Shown here one piece after another: positions 36,945 to 51,749 of a stretch of DNA of 64,000 nucleotides. Under the pieces are notes generated by a model. That model did not search any database and was not told the origin of the DNA. It saw only the letters and a program-made list of their open reading frames with translations. The stretch is from Octopus sinensis (taxonomy: Eukaryota), in NCBI RefSeq assembly GCF_006345805.1, contig NC_043000.1:154442001-154506000 (forward strand). Reading direction: 5' to 3'. The first letter of the stretch is position 1. Each line of letters opens with the position of its first letter. The position numbers and the translations under genes were made by a program.

Positions 36945-37432
36945 GTATGTATATATGTATATGTGTTTGTGTGTGTCTATGTTAGTCTCCCACCAACGCT
37001 TGACAACGGATGCTGGTGTGTTTACGTCTCCGTAACCTAGCGGTTCGACAAAAGGCACCGATAGAATAAGTACCAGACTAAAAACCTTTCAAGGCGGTGC
37101 CCCAGTTGAACTCACTCAAATGCCGGAAACAAGATGTGTATATATGCATTGCATATATGTGTGCATGTGTATATGTATATATGTGTATGTCTGTGTGTGT
37201 GTATATATATATATATATATGTACATATGTATATGCATATATGAATGTCCATGCTTATATGCATATGTGTGCGTATATGCGTATATATGCCGATCTAATC
37301 GAACCCACTTCTTGTCTTTTTTTTTCTCAACTTCGTAATGATCAATGATTAAGAGACTCGTGCGAAATTTGAACTCGGCACGAATAGGGACGTAAATAAT
37401 TACTGCAAGACATTGTGTCTGTTGCTCTACTG

Positions 37433-37639
37433 CAGTGCTTTTCAATCTTTTCGCTGGAGCGGAACCCCAAGGAAACATTCCACTGGCTCGGGGAACCCCT
37501 GTGCAATAATTTAATAGCCTTCTGCACAGGAGAATTAAAAATTACTGCCGATTTTAGCAGTTTTGTAACTTCTTGCGGAACCCCTGGACTGTACTGGCGG
37601 AACCCTAAGGTTCCGCGGAACCCTGGTTGAAAACCACTG
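37433..37639. mobile_element. hAT (Charlie-like) MITE, 207 bp
   Basis: Inverted sister of 291-491. Perfect 8-bp TSD CTCTACTG at 37425-37432 and 37640-37647. Confidence 0.92.
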
Positions 37640-38278
37640 CTCTACTGATTTCGCTTTGAAGAGGTCTCTTTTGTTTATTCATAATAAGAAATTCCAAGAT
37701 ATGCTGAAAATCACAAGAAACCCAATAAATATAAGGCGAAGAAACGTAAGATGATGTATAGACCTGCATTCGTGATTTTACGTAACAAGACCATAAAACA
37801 AATTAACTGACGGAAGCTGATGACATTACAAGAAGAAAGTAACTTGGAAGACGTATTATCTTTCAAGAAGCTGACTGATGCTTCTTCTATAAGATAGTAA
37901 CTCGATACTGAAGCAACTTGTTAGTTAGCATCACAGTTGATATGATGTATTAGGACCATTCCACTGCATTTGCTTCTGTTGGTTTTCAAGTCTTATGTTA
38001 CAAGTGATTGGGAAGACCAATAATTTTTTTAAGGGACTGTGGTAGCTAACTGCACTCTCTTCATCTCCTCCCCACCTTCTATCCACTCTGTTATATATTT
38101 ATTTTTTTCTCGTATCCTTCTCTTTCTTAGAAAATGCTACGAAGAAAAATCCTTTTAGGGTGGCGGGGAAAGAACCAATTTACGAATTGTACAGGAATTA
38201 GATTTTATGTCCCTGTAGTGATGAGCAAATTAGGACTAATAGGTAAATATGTATTTTATATTTTGTAACTGTTATACA

Positions 38279-38530
38279 GTGGAGACGCGTGGCTTAGTGA
38301 TTAGGGTGTCAGCATCATGATCGTAAGAATGTGGTTTCGATTCCTGAACCGGGCGACGTGTTGTGTTCTTGAGCAAAACACTTCATTTCACGTTGCTCCA
38401 GTCCACTCAGCTGGCAAAAATGAGTAACGCTGCGATGGACTGGCGTTCCGTTCAGGTGGGGAACACATACGCCATTGAAACCAGGAAACCGGGCCCATGA
38501 GCCTAGCTAGGCTTTAAAAGAGCGCATTTA
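38279..38530 (+). mobile_element. CORE-like tRNA SINE with tail B2
   Basis: tRNA-like head, then TTGTGTTCTTGAGCAAAACACTT (CORE-like, from memory), then the B2 tail. TSD TAACTGTTATACA at 38266-38278 and 38542-38554. Confidence 0.8.
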
Positions 38531-40112
38531 TATATTTATTTTAACTGTTATACATAAATATACAGTAAATCTGGTGATAATCTTTTTCCTTCTTTGCCAG
38601 TGGGCTTTGGCTTTTAATTTGTTTCCACATACATTTTATGTAGTTACCTAATACTCTTTTTTAAAAAATGTAAATTACATATTTATTAGAAATAATCTCT
38701 TCTGATAACTTTTACAAAAATCAAAGCTACTTACCTCCCCATCGTGATAAGGTAAGACAGACTCTTAAATACTGCCAAATTATTAACGTGGTTTCAGCGG
38801 TGTAAACTTAAAAAATGTACGAAATTTCATGAACTTTAATTCTAAGCATTGTATCGTAAACTTTCAAGTAAATTTGCAAGATGAATATATTTAACTATGA
38901 AGGAATTCTTGCTTCAGCGTAAAACTATGAAGCTTAAGAATTGTGCTAGCGTGAAAGCCTGTTGCACTTTCAAGTTAATGATTAGAAGGCTGGCATATGT
39001 CGGGTTCGATCGTGTGAACGATCATAGCAAAAGATCAGGAAATAATTTTGAGTTTTTAACCTAGTGAAGTAGTGGCGCACTACTACTACTCTCGACTCTA
39101 GATCATCTCTGAAGTTAAATTTGCTAAAAAAGAGGAAAATAACAAACGAAATAATAAGAAACAAAAAATCTACATCTCTTGAATATGTCAAGGAATAAAA
39201 GCGACGTTTTATATTTTGGTGTGAAAAAGTGAGATATGAAATTATACATTTGGGGGAATAACAAGTTTTTTTTAATGTCAAAGTTTTAGAACAAAACTTT
39301 GACATAAAAAAATTCAGTAAAGTATTGGATACACTAGTTCCAAAGGGAACGTCAATAGTTTCAAATAAGCAAAAATTCTGCAGCTGTATAGGGTCCGAGA
39401 AGGTAGAAATAATATAAATGAGATATATATATATACAACATACATGGAGAAATTTGAATCTAAAACAAAATAATATAAATAAAAACAATAAACCAATGTA
39501 ACGAAAGCATAAAATGAACTGAAAACATCCCAAGAGGCAAAGACGAAAGTCAAAACTTCAAACCTATCCTTCATCAAATACCAGCGTATACAAAGGCCTG
39601 AAATGTCAGAAATGGGTACATCTGAAATATATAAAGTTAGCTGCAACTAATATAAAAATAGACGTTTCCATGCCATTATCGATGATGGGTTTATTAATTT
39701 AGTTTTATTCATTAATAATTGGTTCAGACTCGCAAATTTGTGACAATACAATCATGTTAACAGATCAGGCGCTATATTTGTACATCGTCTGACCAAACCA
39801 CATACCAGCGCCGCTATCGATCGACTACAGAATATATATGTGGTCTTCAGCATTTCCTATTCATTCTGCAAATAGTGCAAATATATTACTTTAATTGTTT
39901 ACTGCCCATACAGCCATCCGTACACGCACATATACGCGCATTACATACACAAAGACACGCATGCGCGCGCATATACACTATATAAATATATGCAAACATT
40001 TGAATTCTTAATGATGAAACGTGTTCGATTTATTAAAAGAATTGAGTTATGACATTCATGTGTATACCGCGCGAACTTATCACGCACATATGTTCGCATA
40101 CACACACACACG

Positions 40113-40154
<42 letters not shown>

Positions 40155-40257
40155 GGGAGAGAGAAAGAGAGAGAGCGAGAGAGAGAGAGAGAGAGAGAGA
40201 GAGCTCTCCTCCGTTGTGAATACTTTGGAGGTCATTAACAAGTCCTTGGCTCTTATG

Positions 40258-40289
<32 letters not shown>

Positions 40290-42064
40290 CATATGTATAA
40301 TATACACATATTATACGCTCGCGGACACACACACATACACACACACATACGCACGCACAATGGTTACTGTGTTTATTAAATTGGGACGAATAAGTGATAC
40401 AAGAGTTAGTAAGTGAAACTTAATAAATCAAAGCTCTAATGTTTTCACTATTGAATGAAACAGAGAAGTGAAAGGTGACCAATAACCCCGAAGCTTTATC
40501 TTAATTACCGAGATAGATATATTATATGACGAAAGGCAATAGGCAGACACTACAACTATATTATCTCTAGCTTTTCATCATTTAACATATCCACCTTAAC
40601 TAATTAAGATAACCGCGAGGTTGTTGGTATAAGCACGTATTCTCCCGATGAAAATGAATAAGGGACAGTGTTAAGAGTAAACGCAATAGAAATATTACTG
40701 TCTTACAATGTAGGTTATTAAAATGAATTCGTCTTGTTATATATATCTATTTCTTTTCAGATTTGTTCACATTTTTCAGCCGCCGGTCAACGAAGGTGAC
40801 TGTCTGTCTGTGCGTCTGTCCGTCTGTCAGATTTATAGGTAGAAAAATAGACATGTTATGAGCGTTATACATCTTTTTATCTTTTACTTGTTACGGTCAT
40901 TAGACCGCGGCCATGCTGGAGCATCGCCTTGAAGAATTTTTAGTCGAATGAATCGACCCCAGTACTTAGGTTTTTTTTGTTTAGCCTGGTACTTATTCTA
41001 TCGGTCTCTTTCCCGAACCGCTAAGGTGGAGGTAAACACATTAACACCGGTTGTCAAGCGGTGGTAGGAGACAGACACAAAGACACACACACATACACAC
41101 ACACAACACACACAAACACACGACGGGCTTCATCCAGTTTCCCTTTGCCAAATCCGCCGAGAAGGCTTTGGTTGGCCCGTGGCTACAGTAGAAGATGCTT
41201 GCCCAAGGTGTCAGGCAGTGGGGCTGAACTCGGAACCGTGTGGTTGGGGAGCAGGCTTCTTACCAAACAGCCACGCCTGTGCCTGATATATTTTATTTCG
41301 CTTTTGCATGGTTCTTCATATGAGTGAACTAACATTTTGAAAGATACTTTGTTGCATCTAGGGAGAGTCGTTATGCCTCTAATAAGCACACGCACTGGTT
41401 TTGGTTCACGTTTTTTGTTATTTATTTGTCAGTTAGTTAACTAATTAACTAATCATCTGTTTGATTAATTGTTAGTCAATCAATCAGTTTTGTCAAAGTC
41501 TTTTCCCCGACATTCGCGACCTCTTCAATGACATGCCCTCCCGTCTCCAGGTCTGTGTGTTTATTGTTGGTTAATGACGCTCCCGAAATGCAATATATAT
41601 ATATGCCGGCATGTTTATGTCCCCGTCACTTAGCGGTTCGGCAAAAGAGACCGATAGAATAAGTACTGGGCTTACAAAGAATAAGTCCCGGGGTCGAGTT
41701 GCTCGATTAAAGGCGGTGCTCCAGCATGGCCGCAGTCAAATGACTGAAACAAGACAAAAAAGAGAAAGAAAAAAAAGAGAGAGAAAAAAGATATATATAT
41801 ATATATATATGTATGTATATTTGAATTACACTGAATTTACTGATGGAACTTCTAAGGGGTAAATCAAGATATTAGAAATAGCAGTTAGATATTTCTAAAA
41901 TCACAGCCCGACATTATAAAACAGGAAAGAGTGTTATTGGACAATATAGTCCAGGATGGACAAAAATACGAGATGTTCATGGTTGTAAAGCTTTTCAACA
42001 TAGGTTCAGTTTCCCTTCCCCTTGCCTCTTCTACCATTTCTCTTGTGTTCTATTACTATTCGGT

Positions 42065-42460
42065 GTGGAGGCGCAATGGCCCAGTGGTTAGGGCAGCGGA
42101 CTCGCGGTCATAGGATCACGGTTTCGATTCCCAGACCGGACGTTGTGAGTGTTTATTGAGCGAAAAAAACACCTAAAGCTCCACGAGGCTCCAGCAGGGG
42201 ATGGTGGTGATCCCTGCTGTACTCTTTCACCACAACTTTCTCTCACTCTTACTTCCTGTTTCTGTTGTACCTGTATTTCAAAGGGCCGGCCTTGTCACTC
42301 TCTGTGTCACGCTGAATATCCCCGAGAACTACGTTAAGGGTGCACGTGTCTGTGGAGTGCTCAGCCACTTACACGTTAATTTCACGAGCAGGCTGTTCCG
42401 TTGATCGGATCAACCGGAATCCTCGTCGTCGTAACCGACGGAGTGCTTCCATCCATCCAT
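42065..42460 (+). mobile_element. SINE family B (tail B1), full length
   Basis: (TCCA)n tail. TSD ATTACT(A/C)TTCGG. Confidence 0.95.
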
Positions 42461-42692
42461 TACTCTTCGGAGTTAACCGATATCGTGTCATGTCAACTCA
42501 GGCACTCACGACTCATACGCTTCTCCTCCTCATCGTCATTCAGTTTGTGTCCACTCTTCAAGCTCTGTACCAAACTATTGCGTCCAATCCTTCGTCCCTA
42601 GAAACTTGACCTTCCAGAAATTCCTTCTTGAACCCGTCGATATGCAATTTTGTTACGTAAGCCATGAGCACAAAACCTTCTTTCAAACAACT

Positions 42693-42747
42693 ATATCTAT
42701 CTATCGATCTATCTATCTATCTATCTATCTATTTATCTATCTGTCTG

Positions 42748-42796
<49 letters not shown>

Positions 42797-42843
42797 TTAT
42801 CTATTTGTCTGTCTGTCTATCTATCTATTTATCTATCTGTCTG

Positions 42844-42905
<62 letters not shown>

Positions 42906-42926
42906 CATCCATCCATCTATCCATCC

Positions 42927-42996
<70 letters not shown>

Positions 42997-42997
42997 T
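42693..42997. repeat. (ATCT)n microsatellite
   Basis: Long ATCT/GTCT/ATCC run. Confidence 0.97.
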
Positions 42998-43083
42998 TGT
43001 GTATTAAGGTTACCATTGTTTCATGTAAAGAAAAAAATCTTAATATTTTTATCCACCATTCTCATTGTTCGATCGATATTTAC

Positions 43084-43159
<76 letters not shown>

Positions 43160-43555
43160 ATATATATATATATATTTACACACACACACTGTATAGCTAT
43201 TGTATAATCATCCATTTATGATTTTCATGAATATTGTTTATTTTTGTTGTTGTTGTTGTTGTTGTTGCTGATGTTTAATTATAATTAACTGTAGAATGAA
43301 ATTTAAGCTTAATGCGCTAATGGGTTAATTGAACCCATTTACGTTCCGCGTCCAAATCCCACAAGAGTTAATTTTATCTTTCAACTGTCCGGTATGAATT
43401 TAATTCGTACAATTAAAATAAAATCCATTCTAAAATAATGTGTGTATATGTAGGAGTAAGTATATATGTAGTATCTCTCTCTCGTTCTCCCTCCCCTCTC
43501 TCTATATATATACGAATATGTGTGTTTATATATAAGTGTGTGTGTGTGTGTATGC

Positions 43556-44050
43556 ATCTATATCTATCTATCTATTTATCTATCTATCCGCTCAGTCGAA
43601 GTCGACTCTCAGTTACTCGTTGTATCAGTGTTCTCCAGTCAGTTCTATCCTGGGCCGCTTCTTTCAGATTGGCTATGTCCATTCCGGTATCACTCTTGAT
43701 GGTATCAAGTCATCGGGTTCTTGGTCGACCTCTTCCTCTCTTGCCACTGACCATTCCGAGCATGCTGTCCTTCTCCAGGGATTTTCTCCGCATAATATGA
43801 CCGAAATATGCCAATCTATGATTGGTGATCCTAACTTCTAGCGACATTTTCGGCCTGATCTGCTTAAGAACTTCTCCATTGGTGAGCCTCGCTGTCCATG
43901 GAATCCGTAAAAGTCTTCTCCAACACCAAAGCTCGAATGCATTAATTCTCTTCTGGTCAGCTTTCTTTAGTGTCCAGGTCTCGCATCTATATGTTGCTAT
44001 TGGGAAGACAATTGCATTCACCAATCTGCATTTGGTAGCGAGTCTGATGT
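43556..44050 (-). pseudogene. RTE (BovB-like) LINE 3' end with (TAGA)n tail
   Basis: ORF 43710-44024 [47 protein letters not shown]...YFGHIMRR..SLEKD.MLG...GKRGRGRPRTR is well preserved. Confidence 0.93.
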
Positions 44051-44104
44051 CTCTACTCTTCTATATATTGATGTGTGTATATGTATGTATTGTATATATA
44101 TATG

Positions 44105-44170
<66 letters not shown>

Positions 44171-44189
44171 TTATGTATATATATATGTG

Positions 44190-44238
<49 letters not shown>

Positions 44239-44272
44239 GCATACATATACACACATCTCTCTCTCTCTCGCT

Positions 44273-44320
<48 letters not shown>

Positions 44321-44931
44321 TCAAGTAAGCAACAAGAGTATCTTCTTAATTTGGTACGATTAATTTGCTACATCATTTTATTAAACATTGTAAGTATTAC
44401 ATCAGTTTTAAAATATTGAGCAATCATAGAGGTTTTCCATAGAGGCTGATGATTGCTCAACATTTTAAAACTGATGTAATACTTACAATGTTTAATAAAA
44501 TGATGTAGCGTGAAACGATTGTACGAAATTACCGAAGATGTTCTTGTTACTTTGATTATAATCACCCCATGGATTTATACAGATAACACCGTACAAAATT
44601 CTGGTGCATCTGACTTATATATATATATATATACTCAAAGTAAGCAACAAGAGTATCTTCTTAATTTGGTACGATTAATTTGCTACATCATTTTATTAAA
44701 CATTGTAAGTATTACATCAGTTTTAAAATATTGAGCAATCATAGAGGTTTTCCATAGAGGCTGATGATTGCTCAACATTTTAAAACTGATGTAATACTTA
44801 CAATGTTTAATAAAATGATGTAGCGTGAAACGATTGTACGAAATTACCGAAGATGTTCTTGTTACTTTGATTATAATCACCCCATGGATTTATACAGATA
44901 ACACCGTACAAAATTCTGGTGCATCTGACTT
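44321..44931. mobile_element. Foldback MITE, tandemly duplicated (315-bp period)
   Basis: Core arms 44367-44427 and 44449-44509 are 61 bp with 1 mismatch, within longer imperfect arms 44321-44555. The whole unit repeats 315 bp downstream (identical ORFs 44368-44565 and 44683-44880). Confidence 0.88.
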
Positions 44932-44966
44932 AAGTATCATATTCATTTGAATCTAATTTTGCTGAA

Positions 44967-45006
<40 letters not shown>

Positions 45007-45010
<4 letters not shown>

Positions 45011-46214
45011 GTTTTTCATATGAAATGTATTTGAAAGGTACAATAAAATGTTTCAGAAGTGTTAGAGAACCGATTTATTTAATCAAAGTACGATCCATGT
45101 TCATTTATGACGTTTACCCAACGTTTGTCTATGTCATATATTCCATCTTAAAAAAACATTATCTTTTGCTGTGATAAACTGTCCGAATGCTTCAATTACC
45201 TCTTCTCTATGAACGTTTTATTGCTTATAAAAAGCTCAAAATGCTTAAATAAGTGATGATCAGTAGGAGAGATATCAGGGGAATAGGGAGGATGTCGCAA
45301 AATCTCATAATTCAGGCTTTGTAACTTTTGGACCGTATCTTGGGGAGTTTGAGGACGTGCATTGTTATGGAGCAAAATCGGGCCACCTCTATTCTCTAGT
45401 CTGGCTGCTTCTTTTTCAAATTCTTATGCATACAGTCAATTTCCTGGCAATACGATGTTGCTGTTACCGTTTCTCCTTGTTGTAAAAAGGAATAATGAAT
45501 CACTCTCTTCGCAGACCACCATACAGTGACTACTAACTTTTTAGTGTGCAATGGTGGGCTTGGGTAGTGTTTAGGTGACTCTCCTGCATCTAATCGCTGT
45601 CCTTTTCTCCTGCTGTTGTCAAAGAGTATCCATTTCTCATCACAAGTAATGATTTGATGCAAAAATGATCTTTTCCCAGTCGAGAAAGCAATAAAGAGCA
45701 CACTTTGAGGCGTCTGTTTTTACTGAATCTCGTTCAGTTGATGTGGAACAAACCTATCCGTTTTCTTGACTTCCCCAATTTTTTACAGGTGTCCAAAAAC
45801 AGTTGTGCGAGATGTTTGGAGCTCTGATGAAAGTTTTCGAATCTTTGTTCGAAGTATTTAATCCATCATGCCGAATAACTTATTGTGGCCTACCCCTTGG
45901 TTTATTTTCAAGGCTATCATCTCCTGAGCGAGAGCTTTGGAACCATCACTCAACAGTTCTGATGTTAACAAAACCATTACTAAAGGCCCGCTTGATATTC
46001 CGCAGAACTTCTGCGGCAGAGTGATCCAGATTGTACTTATACAAGAAAATCACTCAACATAGTTTGGTTGTTATCATTTTCTTAAGGTTTGTGGATACGA
46101 ATTTTGTATACCAATATTGTTGGGAAAGAAAAAAGTCAAGATTTAATGCAAGAGTTTTGAAATGACTGAAATATCAAGTAATTAAAAATGCGACATTTCA
46201 CGTGAAACCTGAAA
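45007..46214 (-). mobile_element. Mariner (DD34D) transposon, decayed
   Basis: Motifs LENKPRGRP, IITCDEKWILFDN, KKLVVTVWWSAKRVIHYSFL, DNARP and HPPYSPDISPTDHHLF with stops. Degenerate TIRs ~45007-45030 and ~46193-46214. (TA)n at the left end. Confidence 0.92.
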
Positions 46215-47120
46215 CACACACACACACACACACAACACATGCATGTATATGTATGCATATTTGTATGTATATATGCCTGTATATATGTACTAAACAAATA
46301 CGTAACAAACATAATAAATTCATCTGTGTGAGCATACGCTCACGCCAACATAAACAAATATACACACATACTCATATGTATGACGTCTGATCTTCGTGAT
46401 GTCGCCAATTTGTGACCAGTGCTTAAAGCCAGTAGATAATAATAGGATGTGTACGTATTACGCTGGAGCCTACATTACTACGAATCTATTCGTTTTTCAT
46501 GTCAGATGATTTTCTGGGCGGAAACCTACCATGATTTTACCGTTAATCAAACAAGGAATTGATTGCGTGATGTCAAGAGATTGTATATAATACATCAAAT
46601 AATGCTGTAACTAATAAGTATTTGTGCATGCATGTCTAATATGTTTTTTCTATACAGACCTGTATATGTTTATAATCATGCGTGCAGTGACATATGTGAT
46701 TAGACGTGTGGGGATATTGATGTTTGTGTATGTATATCACTTCACGATCTCGAGGTCTTAGGTTTGATTATACATGCATTTTACCATAGCCTTGGGTAGA
46801 ACTAAGTTTTCTAAATGAAATTGGGTTGAAGAAAGAGTAAGGACAGCCTGTATTTGTAATTCAAATTGCTACTAGACTTGTACTTTGTCATGTTGATTAT
46901 ATATGAGAATTATACTAATGCTTTACGTGTCTGTGGAACGAGAGTGCAAACACACATACGTGTGCACATGCACCAGAGATATTCCGCACCCTGATCTGCA
47001 TGTATTTTTACATATTCTGCACGTATGAGTTACATAAATGCGCTGTAGAGATACTGTCAACAATTTCGGACAGTACTTTGTTTTTTGTATCGTGCAGGAC
47101 GTTTCCCTCCCCAGGCCACG

Positions 47121-47518
47121 CTACTCTTTTACTCTTTTACTCTTTTACTGGTTTCACTCATTTGACTACGGCCATGCTGGAGTACCGCCTTTAGTCGAGC
47201 AAATCGATCCGAGGACTTATTCTTTGGAAGCCCAGTAATTATTCTATCGGTCTCTTTTGCCGAACCGCTAAGTTACAGGGACGTAAACACACCAGCATCG
47301 GTTATCAAGCGATGTTGGGGAGACAAACACACACACACACATATTTATATACATATATACGACAGGCTTCTTTCAGTTTCCGTCTACCAAATCCACTGAC
47401 AAGGCTTTGGTCGGCCCGAGGCTATAGCAGAAGACACTAGCCCAAGGTGTCACGCAGTGGAACTGAACTCGGAACCATGTGGTTGGTTAGCAAGCTACTT
47501 ACCACACAGCCACTCCTA
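47121..47518 (-). mobile_element. SINE family C flanked by an ~80-bp direct repeat
   Basis: Direct repeats at 47041-47120 and 47519-47598. Confidence 0.92.
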
Positions 47519-48010
47519 CGCTGTAGAGATACTGTCAACAATTTCGGACAGTGCTTTTTTTTTTGTATCGTGCAGTACGTTTCCCTCTCCAGGCCACGGT
47601 ACTCTGAGCGATATTATTAAAAGAATATCCAATGTTGCCGGTTTGCCGTTAAAGCTGGGGTCTGTCAGTGTCCTCCGCTGCGAATGTAGGTCTGCAGACA
47701 AGCTAACCCTTTGCCCGTTAGAGCGAGGGGCATATTGGTTCATCTGAAACGCCATGTTTTTGAGGCATTCTTCTGTACCGCTCTCACCTTGGTTCTAAAC
47801 CCGGGAGCTGCAGCTTGCAGCGCAGAAAAGCTTAAGACGACTATTTACCAGTCATGTATATATGCTAGATGTATCCGCAGTGACCCGTTGGATCACAAAT
47901 ACTCTAAGTTTAAAGCTCTAAGTAATTTGGTACAATCGTTTCACGCTACATCATTTTATTAAACATTGTAAGTATTACATCAGTTTTAAAATGTTGAGCA
48001 ATCATCAGCC

Positions 48011-48700
48011 ATTTAAAGTGTCGATGCACGGCGGGAAAGGAAAAAATAATATTTCGATCTTCATTCAATAAAATTCTTAAATAGCACATTTCTCCTGCCT
48101 TTGGTGTGACAACATAAACACGATCAAGTGTTTCTTCTTTGAAATCGTTCAAACGGCATTCAACTTTGTTTTCCTTGTTTTCTTCGTTGCCATTCTTTTT
48201 ACTACAGTTCCAAGTGAAATACAGGGGCACTTGTAAAGTCATCATTGATGCACAATGAAAAGAATTATGTAAACGTTGTTCTCAAACATCGTTCATTCAC
48301 AGCCATATATATCTTCATTATTTATGGGCAATATTCTTTGTTTGTCTGGTGGATGAACTTGCAGTCTCACTGTTGCAGGTGTTCTTTCATGAATTGAAAG
48401 CCCTAAAATGGATGCAACTGCTTCAAATGGTCCAATATATCTACCCATTAGATATTGACTAATTTTGTTATCTTTGTGTTACTTGAACAGCAACTTAGTC
48501 ATTTCCTTTCTCCGTGTACTTGATGACGTAATTAATTTACCTCACTGACACTGGAGCAACGATTTCAACGTTGCAGTGGCATTTGAAAGCTCTTAAAAGA
48601 GTTTCGTTATGAGATACAACCCATTCGTTGTTTGGTCTTCCATTCTTATGAGATTCGACTCCTCCCATTGCAGCTGATCTTCGTCTATAAAAGAGACAGT
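48011..48700 (-). pseudogene. Helitron Rep-domain fragment, decayed
   Basis: Minus-strand frames give NEWVVSHNETLLRAFKCHCNVE...YVIKY..KG, ISQYLMGRYIGPFEAV...IHERTP...LQVH and VPLYFTWN...RVYVVTPKAGEMCYLRILL. Confidence 0.85.
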
Positions 48701-49041
48701 CTCTCGGTTTCTCTGCCTTTCGATTAAGATGATAAAGGTTAATATTTTATTTGAAAGAATAGTAATTTTTCCAAAAAAAAAAAAAAAAAATCAAGGACAC
48801 GTGATTCAAAAAAATCTCATAAAAATATAGGGAGAATTTCTCTTACAGTTTACGGAACTCGAAAGTTGTACAAATGATTAAAGGAAGAAAAAGAGGTCAG
48901 AAAAGGAAAAAGGACGGAAAGCAGCAACTCCAACAACTCTGAAGTGCCGACAATTCCAACTTGATTTTATTTTTTTTAAAGGGGGAAATGACTATTTTAT
49001 TAGTAAATCAAATGGCAGGAAAACAAAGTTTGAGTTTTAGT

Positions 49042-49772
<731 letters not shown>

Positions 49773-49906
49773 TGCACACGCACGGAACACGCGCACACAC
49801 ATGCACACTCACGTGCGCACACACACGCACGCAAACACACATACTCAAGTGCACATACATAGACAGTGTCTCCGCCCATTATCTGCTGTCACTGAATTAT
49901 CATCGT

Positions 49907-50090
49907 GGCACTCTGTTGGTTACGACGAGGGTTCCAGTTGATCTGATCAACGGAACAGCCTGCTCGTGAAATTAACGTGCAAGTGGCCCCGGAGCCTCGT
50001 GAAGCTTTAGGTGTTTTCACTCAATAAACACTTATAACGCCCGGCTTGGGAATCGAAACTGCGATCCTATGACCGCCGTTGCGTCTCCAC
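49907..50090 (-). mobile_element. SINE family B (B1), internally deleted, older
   Basis: Tail and head segments are joined at AAGTGGC|CCCGGAGCC. Confidence 0.85.
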
Positions 50091-50643
50091 GCTGAGTTAT
50101 CATACTACACCAACGTAACCCGATAGACTAATGGAGGTTAAGTTCCCCGTAAGAAAGAAGCTATTTTGTTTTTCCTCCTTTTGTTTCCGAATATAAGAAG
50201 ATGGCGTACTTTAAGTAACACAGGAAGTTAGACAACCTGTTACTGAATAAATATAACTCCACCTATATACGTTGAGTGTTACTTCCGTTGGCTTATTCAT
50301 ATATAAGAAGACAGATCCTCGTCGCTAATACCGGAGGTTGTACTTTAGACTTCAGGCGTCAACGGTCTCCAACATAACGCTTATCTTTGTTAAAGTGGGA
50401 CGAAAGCGTCGTACTTGAGGGAAAGTAGTTCGTGGGATAGAAGTACTTCGTGGCAGCTACAGACGAATTCTTAAAACATTTGTTACTCTGTTACTCTGTT
50501 ACTTGTTTCAGTCATTTGACTGCGGCCATGCTGGAGCACCGCCTTTAGTCGAGCAAATCGATCCCGGGACTTATTCTTTGTAAGCCCAGTACTTATTCTA
50601 TCTGTCTCTTTTGCCGAACCGCTAAGTGAACACGGACACACAA

Positions 50644-50693
<50 letters not shown>

Positions 50694-51279
50694 ACATATA
50701 TATATATATATATATACATATATACGACAGGCTTCTTTCAGTTCCGTCTACCAAATCCATCACAAGGCATTGGTCGGCCGGGGCCATAGCAGAAGACACT
50801 TGCCCAAGATGCCACGCAGTGGGACTGAACCCGGAACCATGTGGTTGGTTAGCAAGCTACTTACCACACATCCACTCCTGCGCCTCGTATTTATCTCGTT
50901 TAAATATTTTATTTCTAAGAAAAATTTAAACCTCTCTAAATACACAGGGACATCTATAGCGCTGTGGATGACAGCGACTGCAAGGCTGGAGCAAGGGGAT
51001 GCTGCTGCCCAGGTTTAAAAGCCGCTGACCTAATGGAATAAATCATAATATGAACTAACTCTTTCCATAAGTGGTTAGTTGAGGTGATCGTACAAATGAA
51101 ATGCTCATCGCCGAAACCGACAGAAATCCATTTACTTACATAGCTATACATATTATTTATGCATACGTGCATACATACATATATGCATATATATACACAT
51201 ATATATTTGTATATATGTACGATATTAGTAGTTTTAGATGTGCGTGTCTCCATGTATGTGTGTATGTATGGTGCCTGAG

Positions 51280-51334
<55 letters not shown>

Positions 51335-51347
51335 GTATGTATGTATG

Positions 51348-51383
<36 letters not shown>

Positions 51384-51749
51384 ATATATATATGTAGGTA
51401 TGATGTATATATAATTATATATATAGGTATATATGGTCTGTAATGGTATAATAAATTAAAAAAATATGTATTTTTATAATATATCATATCTATGACTAAT
51501 ATTCATAGATATATATATATGTTGTGTGTGATTTATTTAAAATATTGTTGTTATTTATTTTTAGCAAAATACCAGAAGATATTCAAACTTATAGATTCTA
51601 TATTTAATGCATTAAATTTATGTCTAAAGACATCCATTATAGATGCGTTTATAAACATTTCTCTCTGGTTAAAAATATCCTGCAGAGGCGTTGGATGGGA
51701 AACATAGTGTTTTTCTAGATTTAATGTTTTGTGGTATTTAGTTATGTCC

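Noticed and set aside
38982-39533. 183-aa minus-strand ORF
   Set aside because: It is F/I/L/Y-rich, as expected from T-rich DNA, with no recognisable domain.
42470-42660. Coding-looking minus-strand stretch (GRRIGRNSLVQSLKSGHKLNDDEEEKRMSRECLS*)
   Set aside because: The acceptor is weak, the frames are short and there is no recognisable homology, so it cannot be supported as an exon.
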